A stretch of 64,000 nucleotides of DNA from Felis catus (lineage: Eukaryota): assembly GCF_018350175.1 (NCBI RefSeq), contig NC_058368.1:3472001-3536000 (forward strand), in the 5' to 3' direction. Made by a program: the position numbers and the translations under genes. How positions within the stretch are numbered: position 1 is the first letter of the stretch; every line of letters begins with the position of its first letter. Positions 24,174 to 36,432 of the stretch are shown here, in pieces. The notes below the pieces were generated by a model. That model had not been told where the DNA came from, did no database searches, and worked only from the letters and a program-made list of their open reading frames with translations.

Positions 24174-27100
24174 GACTATTTGTGCCCACTTTTTTTCTAT
24201 TTGCTTAGAAAATAAACACTCCTGATTCTGATTTAAAAATTCATGTTTTTAATTTCCCTGCACTTTCCGGATAATCCAAGGGTCATAAATTCTCTTGTCC
24301 TCTTTTAAGAAAGTGAAATGTACAACATTAACAATAAAAACTACTACTTTAAAAATTATTCACAACAGATATAATTAGACAGGTAGATATGGCCTAAGCA
24401 CAATGAATACATTTTAAATGTGTAACAGTTTTACCCACAAAGACAGAGAGAAGATAACGTTGCTGTGGTATATATGAACAAGTTTATACATCTTAAATAC
24501 TTCTTGCAGGTTTTGTTATGAAAATATTTTCTATCTTGAACAACGGATTGGTTGGCAGAAATCTGATAGTTTCAGCAACAGAAAGAATCTTGATTTGCTG
24601 ATGGCGGTGGATTTTCTGCACAAGATTAGTCATCACTTGTTCTCATAAAAACACACAAGAAAGGGATAAGACACATTCTTCCACAATATTGCAGAGAAGC
24701 AAGTTGAGAATGTGAAGATTAATTACCTCATTGTTTTACAAATATACCATAATTAACTGAGCTTCTCAGTTTAAATTACTAATTGGGGGATTCCTATCAC
24801 AGATTTGAGCTCCTCTTTCTCTCGAGAATGTTCCTTCCTAAACCCTGTTGTTAGACATTGGGCTCATTAAGTTACCACTTCATTCACTACAGCTGCTCCT
24901 TAATAATCTCTTTCTTCATAAAGAATCCCATCCAGCACAGGCATTTTCTGTGTTTTATAATTACTGACTCGTACAAGGAAGACCAAAGAAGCGGGTAAAA
25001 TAGAACAACACTATGATGGCCCATAGTTGGAAATGATGAGGTACGTTCAATAAAATGTAGACATACATGGGATTTATTCAGGGAATGGCTTCTGTTTCAG
25101 AACCAGAAAGCCCTTGAAATGCCAATCACAGCTTCTTTCTTAAAGCTAGCTGTATTAAAAAATTTTTTTCTGAAGTATCTCAAGGTCGCTTCAAATGCAT
25201 CCATTTGTCTGGGCTTTTACCTTAGTTAACCTTGTGCTAAATTGGTTGGCTTTATCTTTAGTTTGGAGGCTTAGTTCTCAAGACGTCATCCTTACCTTCA
25301 AGTAAGAGGAAGATCCATTGAGAAATAAAGTAAAATAAATAAATAATTAAAATAAACCTCACAAAATCTTCATTTTGCTTAATGATGATTTAACGATGAG
25401 TTCATTGGTCCATGACCCTAAAATATATTTATCTGTTAGCAACTGCCGCCTGAATTGAAGCAGGATATTAAACTGAGTAGCAAGGTCTTTGCCAGAAAAA
25501 CGGGAAAAGTGCTTGAGAGATCCATATATAAGCCTTAGTGAAATGTGAACGTCACGATCCTACTGGAGGAGTGAGTGGATACTTTCCCCGTCAGGGGATT
25601 TGGGAGCCGTGTGAAAGTTTGAGGAGTCTTGGTTTCAGACAGCCATGCTTTTTTCCATATGGTTACCAAATATTCTTTGCCTTTAGAGAATAATAAAGAA
25701 GAGATGAGATCAAACGGAAGCTAGACAAGGAACAGAACCAGTCTTATTACACGTTAATAAAAGCTCCGTGATTAAGAAGACTCATTGCCTCTCACTTTAT
25801 CACGTGATGACCAAGTACAAGCTACAGTGTGCCGTTCACAATGTTACACCAGGCAAGAGAGAAGTGGAGGCCAATGAGAACTGCCCCTCGTGGGACAGTG
25901 GCCCCATGGCGGTCTACTGAGTTCTCTTGGGCTTGGTCAGCCACTTGCATTTCCTGGAAAAGCTGAGAGTCCTAAAGGCAGAACAAAGGTGGGAGGGTGA
26001 TGTGCCCTCGACTCAGCACCTGCACTAATTTACCAGTCGTACCACTCCGACTGGTGGTCTTTTTATCCTTCCAGATTTTCCCTCCCAGGCGATTTCTTCT
26101 CAATTACAAAATTTATAATACATCAATGGGTGGTTGAAAGAGATTCATGCGTCCTTTGTTCTGAGCTGAGGTGAAGGACTCACACTTTTGGCCCTTCAAA
26201 GACTTCTGTCTCAGAAATCCCAAAACCCAAAGTAAGTGCCTTAAAACAACAGCGATTATGAGGACAAAATAAACTGCCTTGCTTCGACCCAGGAAATGGA
26301 AAGCATTCGACACTCCTTCAAATTTAGCCACATCCAGACTTAGTCCACGAGGGAATCTAATTCCTTTCTGTCAAACGTGTTCTCCGTTGTGTTACCGAAA
26401 GGCACAAGCTAAATTCTTGTGTCTCGTTTTTATAATGGGCCACGGTGAAGACTTTTGTTGTGTCTATCGAAGATACTGTACGTAATGAGTACAAGGTCTG
26501 GGACGTTAACATCCATGTAGAAGAAATCAGTTTTCTTTTTTAAATAATGACACTTAATTTCTCTACCCTGGCAGGCATGTCCCAATCCCAGCAGGTGGCA
26601 AGAAGTCCATTTCAACCACTTCTGGGTGAGCCCATCACCCGAGGGCCTTCTCAAGCCTGACCACCAGGGCCACACAGTGGTAGCTGGCCTCTTTCAAGTC
26701 CGTCCAGTTGCATTGGCTCCACGGGGCTGGCTGGTCCCCACCAGCAAACCCAATCAGATCCTGGCTGGATCGCCTTCCTTGCAAGGTCCCTTTGGGTCTG
26801 TTGGCTCCCTTCTCAGGCATTTGGGACTCCATTCTGCTGTGACAAAGCACAGAAGCGCTGATGGGTTTTTACACACCCTCTTCAGCTTCAAGGAACTCTC
26901 TAGCTCCGGCTCCTTCCAGATTCACAAGCAGCAACTGTCACCAGATGCTCTGATGCCTGGGCACAGGGTCCTGCTGTGATGTTGTTGATTTCAGAGGCTT
27001 CACCCAGCAAGGCGAATCCTCACCTTCTGAGTCCTCAGATTTTCTGGAAACTAGATGTCCATGCTAACCCAGCAGTAGGCTATAAGAGAGCATTCACCTT

Positions 27101-27267
27101 TTCCCTTTTCAGCAACACATCAATGGATATTAGATATGGGCTGTTCTAATCATTCTAAAGAAAAAAATTAACCCCTTTGGGGCAGAGAAAACTGACTTAT
27201 GGTTGAATTACTTCAGTCTCTGACTATCTTATAGGCTTTATGCTCCAATTCTTTAAGGTCTAGACTT

Positions 27268-28855
27268 GTTTTAATTCAACTTTTTATTTGGAGATAAGTA
27301 TAGATCACCATGCAGTTATAAGAGATCCCGGGTACCTTTTATGCATTTTCCTGCAATGGTGACATCTGGCAAAACTCTAGTGCAATATCAAAGCCAGGAT
27401 ATCAGCAGTGATGCACTCAAGACACAGAACATTTCTGTCACTGCAACGATCCCTCCCTTTTATCCTCCCTGTCCCCATCCCCCCTAACTCTGGCAACCAC
27501 TAATATATTCTACTTCTCTATAATTTTGTCCTTTAAGAATGTACATGAATGGGATCATATGTATATGTTACATAGATGATATATATAATATGTATCCTAT
27601 AAAAGGTTATGTATTGCATATATAATATGTAATATATGTACTATATATGCAATGCCCATATGTAATATGTAACCTTATGTGACAAGCTTCTTTCCCTCAA
27701 CATAATTCTCTGGAGATTCAACCAGGTTGAAACGTATATCAGTGGCTCCTTCCTTTTTAATGCTGAGTAATATTCTGTAGTTTAGATGCACCGCAGTTTG
27801 TTTTAACCACTCACCCATTGAAGGACATCTGGGTTGTTTCCAGGTTTGGGCTATTATGAATAAAACTGCTATAAATATTCGTGTACAAGATTTTATGTGA
27901 ACATAAGTCTTCCTTGCTCTGGGACAAATGCCCAGGAGAGCAAATGCTGATTCATATGGTAGTTATATGCTTAGTATTTTAAGAAGCTGCCACACGGTTT
28001 TCCAGAGTGGCTGTGCCATTTTGCATTCCCACCAGCAATGTCTAAGTGACCCATTTTCCCTTCATTCTGAGCAATTTTCCTTTTTCTCATCAATAGTGAC
28101 AACGGGTGATGTCATTATTTTCTTTTAGCCATACTAAAACGTGTGGAGATATCTCATGGATTTTTCACTTGCATTTCCCTAATGACTAATAATGTTGAAC
28201 ATCTTCTCATGTTTTTATTTGCCATCTGTAAATCCTTTTCAGTGAAATGTCTGTTCATGTCTTTTAACTATTCTCTTTCTAATTGGATCATTTGTTTTCA
28301 TACTGTTGAGTTTGAGATTTCTTTATGTATTATAGACACTACTCGTTTGTCAGATATTTAGTTTGCAAAACTTTTCTCCCAATGCATAGTTTGTCTTTTT
28401 ATCCTCTTAATAAGTATTTTGCAAAGCAAAACTTTTTAATTTAGATGCAGCTCAACTTATCCACTTTTCTTTTTATTGATCGTGCTTTCTGTGTCAAATC
28501 TAAGAATTCTTCGCTTAGCTGTGGGTCCCAAGATTTCTCGTCTTTTTTTTTTTCTAAACATTTTAAATAGAACAATCCATTTTGAGTTAACTTTTGTGTA
28601 AGGTGTGAAGTTTAGGTCACAATTCTTTTTTTTTTTTTTTTTTTTGCCTGTGGCTGTCTAATGCTCCAGCACCATTTGATGAAAAGGCTACACTTTGCCT
28701 CCTCTGAATCGCTTTTGCACCTTTGTAGAAAAATCAGTTGGTCATATCCGTGTAGGTCTATTTCTGAGTTCTCTATTCTGTCCCATTCATCTATGTGCCT
28801 ACCCTCTGCCAATACCACACAGGGTGGATTATTTTAGCTATGCAATAAATCTTGC
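27268..28855 (-). mobile_element. L1MA/L1MB-like LINE-1 3' portion (3'UTR and ORF2 C-terminus)
   Basis: Antisense L1 hallmarks GAAGGACATCTGGGTTGTTTCCAG and CATTCCCACCAGCAATG. Minus-strand ORF 28612-28818 gives ..RHIDEWDRIENSEIDLHGYDQLIF.., an ORF2 motif. Confidence 0.92.
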
Positions 28856-29299
28856 AACCAAATTCCTGAGAGGTATTATATAGAATAATATCAAAAGCAT
28901 AGTGGATATCAAATACTCATTTGAAAAAAAGATATATTTACATTGGCTTATCTCAAGAACAGGCTTTATTTATATTCATGAGAATACTTTACATTTTTGT
29001 TTGGAGTAAACCAGACTCTCAGAGAAGCTGGGACCGTCCCTCGTTATCCTTCAGTGTGGTATCTCTTGTCCTCATGCTGGTGAGGGCATCATTTCCTTGG
29101 TTGGTACTCTACTTGGGATAACACCACTACCCCTACAGTTCTCTCTCATGAAGGCTCTCCATGTTAACACTCTGCACTCAGTTCAGGGTGAGAAGGCATC
29201 AGCATTTGTTTCTAAGCCTTTGCTTTTCTCTCCTGTGCACAAAGTTTCTCATTTGATGCTTACATTACCCAAATGTATTATCGTATCACCTCGTTTTTT

Positions 29300-31100
29300 G
29301 TGACTGGCTGATTTCCTGGTCACTTCCCTCATTCATTAAAGATGTGAACACCTGGTTCAATATCTTCTCAACCCAAGGTCATGGGTCCCTTGAGCATCTG
29401 GGCTTTGCATTCACTCTAGTCACCAAAGTTATGGTGGCAACTTGAATATGACTGTCTCATTCTCCTTTCCCTCCAACTTTCTCTCTCACTTCCTTTGTAC
29501 CTCCACACTGGTTCTTCAGCTATGGGAAGCTCTTAGAGGCCCTCTATGCCTCTGTCAATTGTCTATGTGTTTCCTATGTGTTTGCTCCTTTTCTATGTGT
29601 TTCCTACCATGTTTTCTCCTTTTCTATTCAACTCAAATTCCACATTTTATTACTTCAATCATCCTTGTTCCAAATTCCCAGATCTTTGCCCCATGGTCCA
29701 TCCTTTTCCCTTCCACAAGGTACATCCCTTTCGGGGATAGGTTCAGCTGTACGTCTCTACACACATCGGCCACTGGTGCACCCCTAAAGAAGAATCGCCC
29801 AAACACACAGGAAGATGTCACAGATCCACAGTTCCATTCCCCCACTGCGTTCTGACTCTGTTTGGAACTCTTTAGTCATCGTCCTCCAAAGGGGTCTTTG
29901 ACACGTCGCCAGGCCTCTGACCATCCCTCTTCTCCACGGATGACACCATCTCTTCGTAGACAAGTCTTCAGATGAAAACCCTGCCTACTTTCTGCCACCA
30001 GATAAACAGAGGGACCTGGCCTATGCCCTCTTCCCTCACTCCTTTTTAGATGGAAGAGATGAAGCTTCTTTCTCAAGATACAAGTTTTCATCCTTGCTCT
30101 GCATCAGACCCTTTCCACCTTATTCAGGAATAGTGTACTGCGAATTGTTTCCTCCAACCCCTCTCTCTGAATTTCCACCTTTCTCTCTTACTAACATACC
30201 CCATGCATATGTACACCCGTCTTATGTCTCTGCTGTCTTCAAAAGCAAAAACAAAGCTTTCTTTGATCCCGCATTCATTTCCGCCACTGCCCTATCTCTG
30301 TCCTTTCTCTCACAACCAAACCAACTGAAATGGTTTCCAGGCTTGCCCTCTCCCCATTGTCACTTTCTATTCAATCCCCGGTAAAATTCAGTTTTGTTTC
30401 TCCTGCCAGTACTTCACTGACATAGTCTTCCCCCAGAGGTACATTTCGTTGCTGGTCTGATGGAAATACGTTATGCACTGTATGACTTGGCCATCTCTGG
30501 GGATTGTAGACCAGTCCTTCTCTATGGAAACATCCTCTTCCCTTGGCTTCCATGGTACCACGCTCTCCTGGTTTTCTTCCTCCCATGGAGATGCTTATTA
30601 TTTGTCACTCCTCTGCCAGTCCCTGAAACATTAATGGTCCTCAAGTTTTCTTAGACTCTCTGTTCTTCCTTTATTGCAGAGGCATATCAGCCCCACAAGT
30701 TACCCACTTTTTGAAGCTACGCACCAGGTACCTGATAGCATCATCAAGTATTATCGCACTCAGGGCTAGCTTCGTGAGCAAAGGGAGCCAATGGCACCCC
30801 TTTGCAGTCCCACAGGTCCTTGTGCTCACCTGCAAGGTCCTCATGCTTGGTTTCACTCTCTGCCATTACCACTTTGAAATTCTTTGTTTTCAAGCAAAAG
30901 GCCTCCCGTTTGCATTTTGCACTGAGCCCTGCAAGGCACATGCCCAGGCTTTTGCCTACACTCCATACAATCAAAGTCTTGTGGATTCAACCTGCTAAAT
31001 ATCTCTTGAGTCACTCCATTTCCCCAGCCCCACCGCCCCTCTGATCGGCTATCTCCACCCTTTGCCAAGATGGTTGCAACAGTTTTACCTGGACCCTTTT
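29300..31100 (+). mobile_element. Fragmented L2 LINE
   Basis: Pyrimidine-rich strand with L2 motifs (CCCTTGGCTTCCATGGTACCACGCTCTCCTGGTTTTCTTCC; AAGTCTTGTGGATTCAACCTGCTAAATATCTCTTGA). Confidence 0.65.
30761..30954. mobile_element. MER45A-like hAT-Tip100 fossil nested in L2
   Basis: CAGGGCTAGCTTCGTG..TGCAGTCCCACAGG..GCTTGGTTT..TTGAAATTCTT..CATTTTGCACTGAGCCCTGCAA follows the MER45A layout. Confidence 0.75.
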
Positions 31101-31149
31101 TCTAATCTTACTTGTCTTTAATTCGAGGAAATAAAACAGGAGCAGCAGA

Positions 31150-33507
31150 ACGGGAAGCTTTGTGTGAAGTTAGTACATAAAAGGCAAATCACAGAATCTT
31201 TTAACACTTACTTCAGCTAAGCCAGCTTTTGGCTATGAGCATTCCTGTAGCTGATGCAGACTCAGTAACTCTATTTCTCATTTTTTTACTGGTATGTAGA
31301 ATCCCATCCTATAAACACACCAAAGTGTATTCCGTTAATGATGGGCACTTTGGCATTTCCAATATTTGGATAGTTTCCAGTTACCCAACATTTGTAGATA
31401 ATGTTGTAATAAACACCTTTGTACGTGTCTCCCTGCGTTCTACATACAGGAATTTCTGCAAGAGAATTTCTAGGGAAGGAGTCCAACAGTTTCAACTTTT
31501 CTACCATGTGAAATTCCTTTCCCAGTAGTCGGAGCCGTTTACATCCCTACCAGCAGGTGCGGGAGAGATACTGTGGCTGATTCTTTGCCAAGCTGGGTAT
31601 TGGCAGCATCGACCTAATAAACACACTTGCTCTACCATTTTGTTTCATTTTCCATTCTTCTGCTGACTAGAGAGGATGGCCAACTTTCACGTATTTATCA
31701 GAATATTAGGTTTCCTTTTCTGATATACAGTTTTCACCTTTCTGTTACTGACAGATTTGTAGGAATTCTGTATATTCCAGATACAAATGCTTTTTCGATT
31801 ATGTATATGAAAAATATATTCTTCCAGTTACTTGTGTCTGCACTTTGCTATGTTGTCTTTGGTTGTACACAATTTTAAAAATTTAGTCTTGTTAAATGTA
31901 TTGATCTTGTGCCTCTTGGTGTTCACTTTATATATCTTATAATAACAAGAAGGTAAACAAATAATGAAAAAAATCACCTTCCCTAATCCAGGGCTATAGG
32001 GACATCCTTCTATATCAGCATCTAAATATTTAAAGATGTGCTTTTCATGTTTGGACTGATATAATTTATTTTTAGAAGGCTGTAATATAAGGATATTATT
32101 TATTTAGTGGTCCATTATTTCCCCACTGGTTAACAATAGCATCAGTGTCATACATCATGCTCACGTATTTACATGGGCTCTGATCCTTTCCTTGTGAAAT
32201 CTCTATTTGCTAGAGAATGACTCCATAATTACTCTCGATGTTTTTAGCTGTACAGAAATTGTAAAGGTGACTCCCTCCTCTTTCCCTTCCTCCTTCTCTT
32301 TCTTCTTTTGGTTTTCCCTTCTTTTACCTCATTTGTAATTATATTAGATATTCCTTAGTTTTCCTCATGAACTAAGGCTAAGTGGTCAAGTTTCACTTAA
32401 ACATACCCTCTTTAGTAATTTCATTTGAATCTGTAGATCAAACTGAGTACAACTGACATCTTGAAAAGATTTTACCCCCCCCCCCACCACAATCTAGAAA
32501 AATAATATAGATCTATATTTATTTTGAGTTTTAGGTCCAATAGCATTTTATAGTTTTATGTATAGAGGTCTTGAACAACTTTTGTTAAGTGAGTTCCTAA
32601 GTACCATATAGTTTGTGTTGATAATGAAAATTACATGTTATTCTACTATATTATTTTTTTAATTTTTTTATGTTTATTTATTTTTAGGAATGAGAGAGAC
32701 AGAGTGTGAGCAGGAGAGGGGCAGAGAGAGAGAGGGAGACACAGAATTCAAAGCAGGCTCCAGGCTCTGACCTGTCATCACAGACCCCGTCGCAGGGTTC
32801 AAACACACAGAACGTGAGATCATGACCTGAGCCGAAGTTGGACACCTAAGGACTGGGCCACCCAGGCGCCCCTCTACTGTATTATGTTTTCACTTCTTAT
32901 AAAACCCTCTACTATTTTCAAATAGCAAGTATTTTTGCATTTTCCTTTTCAGTTTAAATTATTTAGCTTTGGTTAAAACTTCTAGAGCAATATTAAATAA
33001 TAGGAATAATCTCTAACTTGAATAAGAATGCATCTCGAATTTTACCATAAATTAGCTGCTTTCAATAGATATTTTTTTAAGCTTAAAAAGAACCTCCTAT
33101 CAGTTTGTTAATAATTCTTATGAATGTGTACTAAATTCTTTACTGCTTTTTTCTGTGTTTATAGTGCCGACCATATTTTTTCCCTCATTTACCCTATTAA
33201 TATGAACAACTGCAAAGATAAATTTTCTGTCATATTAATGTTGCCTTCCTGTGACAAATTGCACTTGTTCCTGAGGTATTTTCTTAAAATACCGCTACAT
33301 TCACTATTTTTTTTCTTTTCTTGGTGAGATTTTGAAAGTACATTCATGAGTAAAATTGCCCTAGATTTTTACTGTATTTTTCTTGTCTGGATTTATTAGG
33401 TTACATTTACCTCATAAAATAAGCTACATAATTTTCTTTTGCTATGTTCTCTGAGCAGTGTGCCTGAACATTTTTTTAGGAAATCATCTAGAGAAACATC
33501 TAGTCTT
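31150..33507 (-). mobile_element. Very old LINE-1 (L1ME/L1M5-like) 3'UTR and ORF2 remnant, host of the younger L1
   Basis: Antisense L1 motifs (GATGGGCACTTTGG, CCTACCAGCAG, TTGAATCTGTAGATCAA, TTCATGAGTAAAATTGCCCT). Confidence 0.75.
32654..32872 (-). mobile_element. CanSINE (SINEC_Fc-like)
   Basis: Reverse head CCACCCAGGCGCCCC at 32872. TSD TCTACT(A/G)TATTA. Confidence 0.96.
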
Positions 33508-34573
33508 GAAGGATAGAGTTAATATGGCAGAGCAACATGGAGACCCTGAGCTTGTCTCATGTCTGAAACACAGCTAGATCAGCACCAAGCCATTTTGAAC
33601 ACCTAGGAAATTGATCTGAGGATTAACACAACAATATGCATAACTTGAGCCACAGAACTCCGTGGTTCTGGTGTGGAGAAGAGAACTGGGGAAGAGAAAA
33701 GCCACAGAGGGTAGGGAGCTGTTTTTACAGAGAAAGTACAGGAAAGAGAAAGGGGGTGAGTGTGGCAAATGAGGATTGTGCAAGAAAAATCATTCCCTCA
33801 AAAGTAGCTGGAGAGAAAGAGAGAGGAAGAATGAAAACACTTGCAGGGGACTGAACAAGAAATTTGTTCCCCAAAACCACTGATGGGGAGTAAGGAGAGG
33901 GTTTCAAGACCACCAAGATTCTGTAAAGAGTGGAACACAGAGTCAAGTTTCAGAGCTCAGTGCCAGGTGGTGTTCTGGCGAGGAGGTAGTGAGAATCCCC
34001 AGCAGCAGGCAGTGGGGTCTGAGCAGACAGCACGTGCCACACAGGGAGAAGCGGTTCCCCCACTTGAAGAACATTTGGTAGAGACAATATGGCCTCCCCA
34101 CAGGCAAAGGTCCCAGCGGACTCCAAAGAGCAGCCACGTTTGCTGGTATTGGGACAAGGACTCCGGAGGGTGGGGAAACCTAGCACCAGCTGTGTGTTGT
34201 GATTTGCCGCAATCTTGAACCTCTGCCCCTCTGCCATCGCACGAATTTTCTGGGGCAAGCCAGCACCTGACCATTGATCAGTGAGACCCTCCCCCCAGGG
34301 AGTTGATGCAGGTCCAAGACGCAGGGGTCTCTGAAGTGTGGGTCTTTGAACACAACCCCATCTGAGATAAAACTCTAGAGGGAGGTGCCGCCTGGTAGGC
34401 GGATGGCTTGGACATGAACAGGGTAGAGGCGGGGAGCAGCTGGAAGACTGAGACAGAGGAAGGGTGCTTGAGCCCAGGTTGGTGAGATCGTAAAGTTCCT
34501 GACCCTGAGACTAGGGACCCTCTCCTGCCATGCGCATGTGGACCACACTGATCCACCCCAGTAAGCTAAGCAA

Positions 34574-34586
34574 TGCCACCTAGTGG
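34574..34586. promoter_or_regulatory. CTCF-like motif in the L1 5'UTR
   Basis: TGCCACCTAGTGG closely matches the CTCF core (reverse consensus GCGCCCCCTAGTGG). Motif only, with no binding evidence. Confidence 0.45.
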
Positions 34587-36183
34587 AGAATGGAGCTGTT
34601 ATAACAAGACCCACCCAACTGCTCCCTCCAAGCATATCCCCCCAGAAGACCAGAACAAGTCACTCCACCTGCTTAGTGTACAGACTATAGAGGACTTCAT
34701 AGTTTCATTTCCAGGAGAAACTGAATGTAACTCCACTCAGGTTTCATTCTGTTTGCTGGTTCATTTATTTGGTCATTTTCTTTGCTTTTGTTTTTGATTG
34801 AATTATTTTCTTTCTTTTTTTTTTCTTTCTCTTTTTTTCCTTCCTCATTCTTGCATACAGAAGAGAAAATTTTATCTATATTTTTATTTTATGTACTTTA
34901 TTTTTTGCTTTTAAAATTTTTGTACTACTTCATTTTGTTCTATTTTATTACATAATTTTTTTTAATTTTTAATTTTTTGTTACTTTGTTTTCTTTTGTTT
35001 TCATTTTTTCCTCTACTCTTTCAAGCTTCTTTCAACAAGCAGATCAAAATACACCTAGGATCCAGCTTCCTTTATATGATTTTTTGTTTTGGTTTTAACT
35101 TTTTAATTTTTATTTTTTATTTTATTAATTTTTTTCTTCCTCCAAAATGACAAGATGAAGGAATTCACCCCAAAAGAAAGAACAAGAAAAAATGATAGCC
35201 AGGGTCTTAAGTAACACAGATATACACAAGATGTCTGAACTAGAATTTAGACCCACAATAATTAGAATACTAGCAGGGGTTGAAAAAAAAAAAGCAGAGA
35301 ATCCCTTTCTGCACAGATAAAAGAAGCAAAATCTAATCAGAATGCAATTAAAAATGCTATAACTGAGATACAATTTCAAATGGGTGTCATGACAGCAAAG
35401 ATATATGAAGCAGGGCAGTGAATCAGTGATTTAGAAGATAAAATCATGGAGAATAATGAAGCAGAAAAAAAGAGGGAAACAAAGGCAAAAAAGCAGGATA
35501 CAAGACTTAGAGAACCTAATGACTTATTAAAAAGGAACAACATTTGAATCATAGGAGTCCCAGAAGATGAAGAGAAAGAAAAAACGGCAGAAAGGTTATG
35601 TGAGAAAATTATAACAGAAAACTTTTCTAATCTGGGGAAGGACACAGACGTCAAAATCCAAGAGGCACAGAGAGCTCCCATTAGATTTAACAAAAACCGG
35701 CCATCACCAAGGCATATCATAGTCAGGCTCACAAAATACACAGACAAGAAAAGAATTATGAAAGCAGTGAGGCAAAAAAAAATCCTTTCGCCTATAAGGG
35801 AAGACAGATCAGGCTCACAGTAGACCAATCACAGAACGTTGGCAGGTCAGAAAGGAGTGGCAGGATATATTCAGTGTGCTGTATTGGAAAAATATGCAGC
35901 CAAGAATTCTTTATCCAGCAAGGCTGTTACTCAAAATAGAAGGAGAGATATAGAGCTTTCCGGACAAACAAAAACCAAAGGAGTTTGTGACCACTAACCA
36001 TTTCTGTAAGGAAATTCAAGGGGGACCCTTTGAATGGAGAAAAGACAAAACAAAACAAAACAGACCAAAAGCAACAAAGACTAGAAAGGACCAGAGAACA
36101 TCACCAGAAACACCAACTCAACAGGCAATAAAAAGGCACTAATTTCATATCTTTCAGTACTCACTCTAAATGTTAATGGACTA

Positions 36184-36432
36184 GGGGCACCTGGGTGGCT
36201 CAGTCGGTTAAGCGCTGACTTCGGCTCAGGTCATGATCTCGCAGTTCATGAGTTCAGGCCCCGCGTCAGGCTCTGTGCTGGCAGCTCGGAGCCTGGAGCC
36301 TGCTTCAGATTCTGTCTGTCTGTCTCTCTCTCTCTCTCTCCCTCTCTCTCTCTCTCTGTCCTTCCCCCACTCATGCTCTGTCTCTCAAAAATCAATAAAC
36401 ATTAAAAACAATAATAAATAAAAATAAATAAA
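36184..36432 (+). mobile_element. CanSINE inserted into the start of L1 ORF2
   Basis: Perfect 17-bp TSD TAAATGTTAATGGACTA at 36167-36183 and 36433-36449. Confidence 0.98.

Noticed and set aside
29545..29610. Three CTATGTGTTT copies resembling a repeat-spacer array
   Set aside because: It is a short, irregular slippage duplication in mammalian DNA, with no CRISPR-like architecture.
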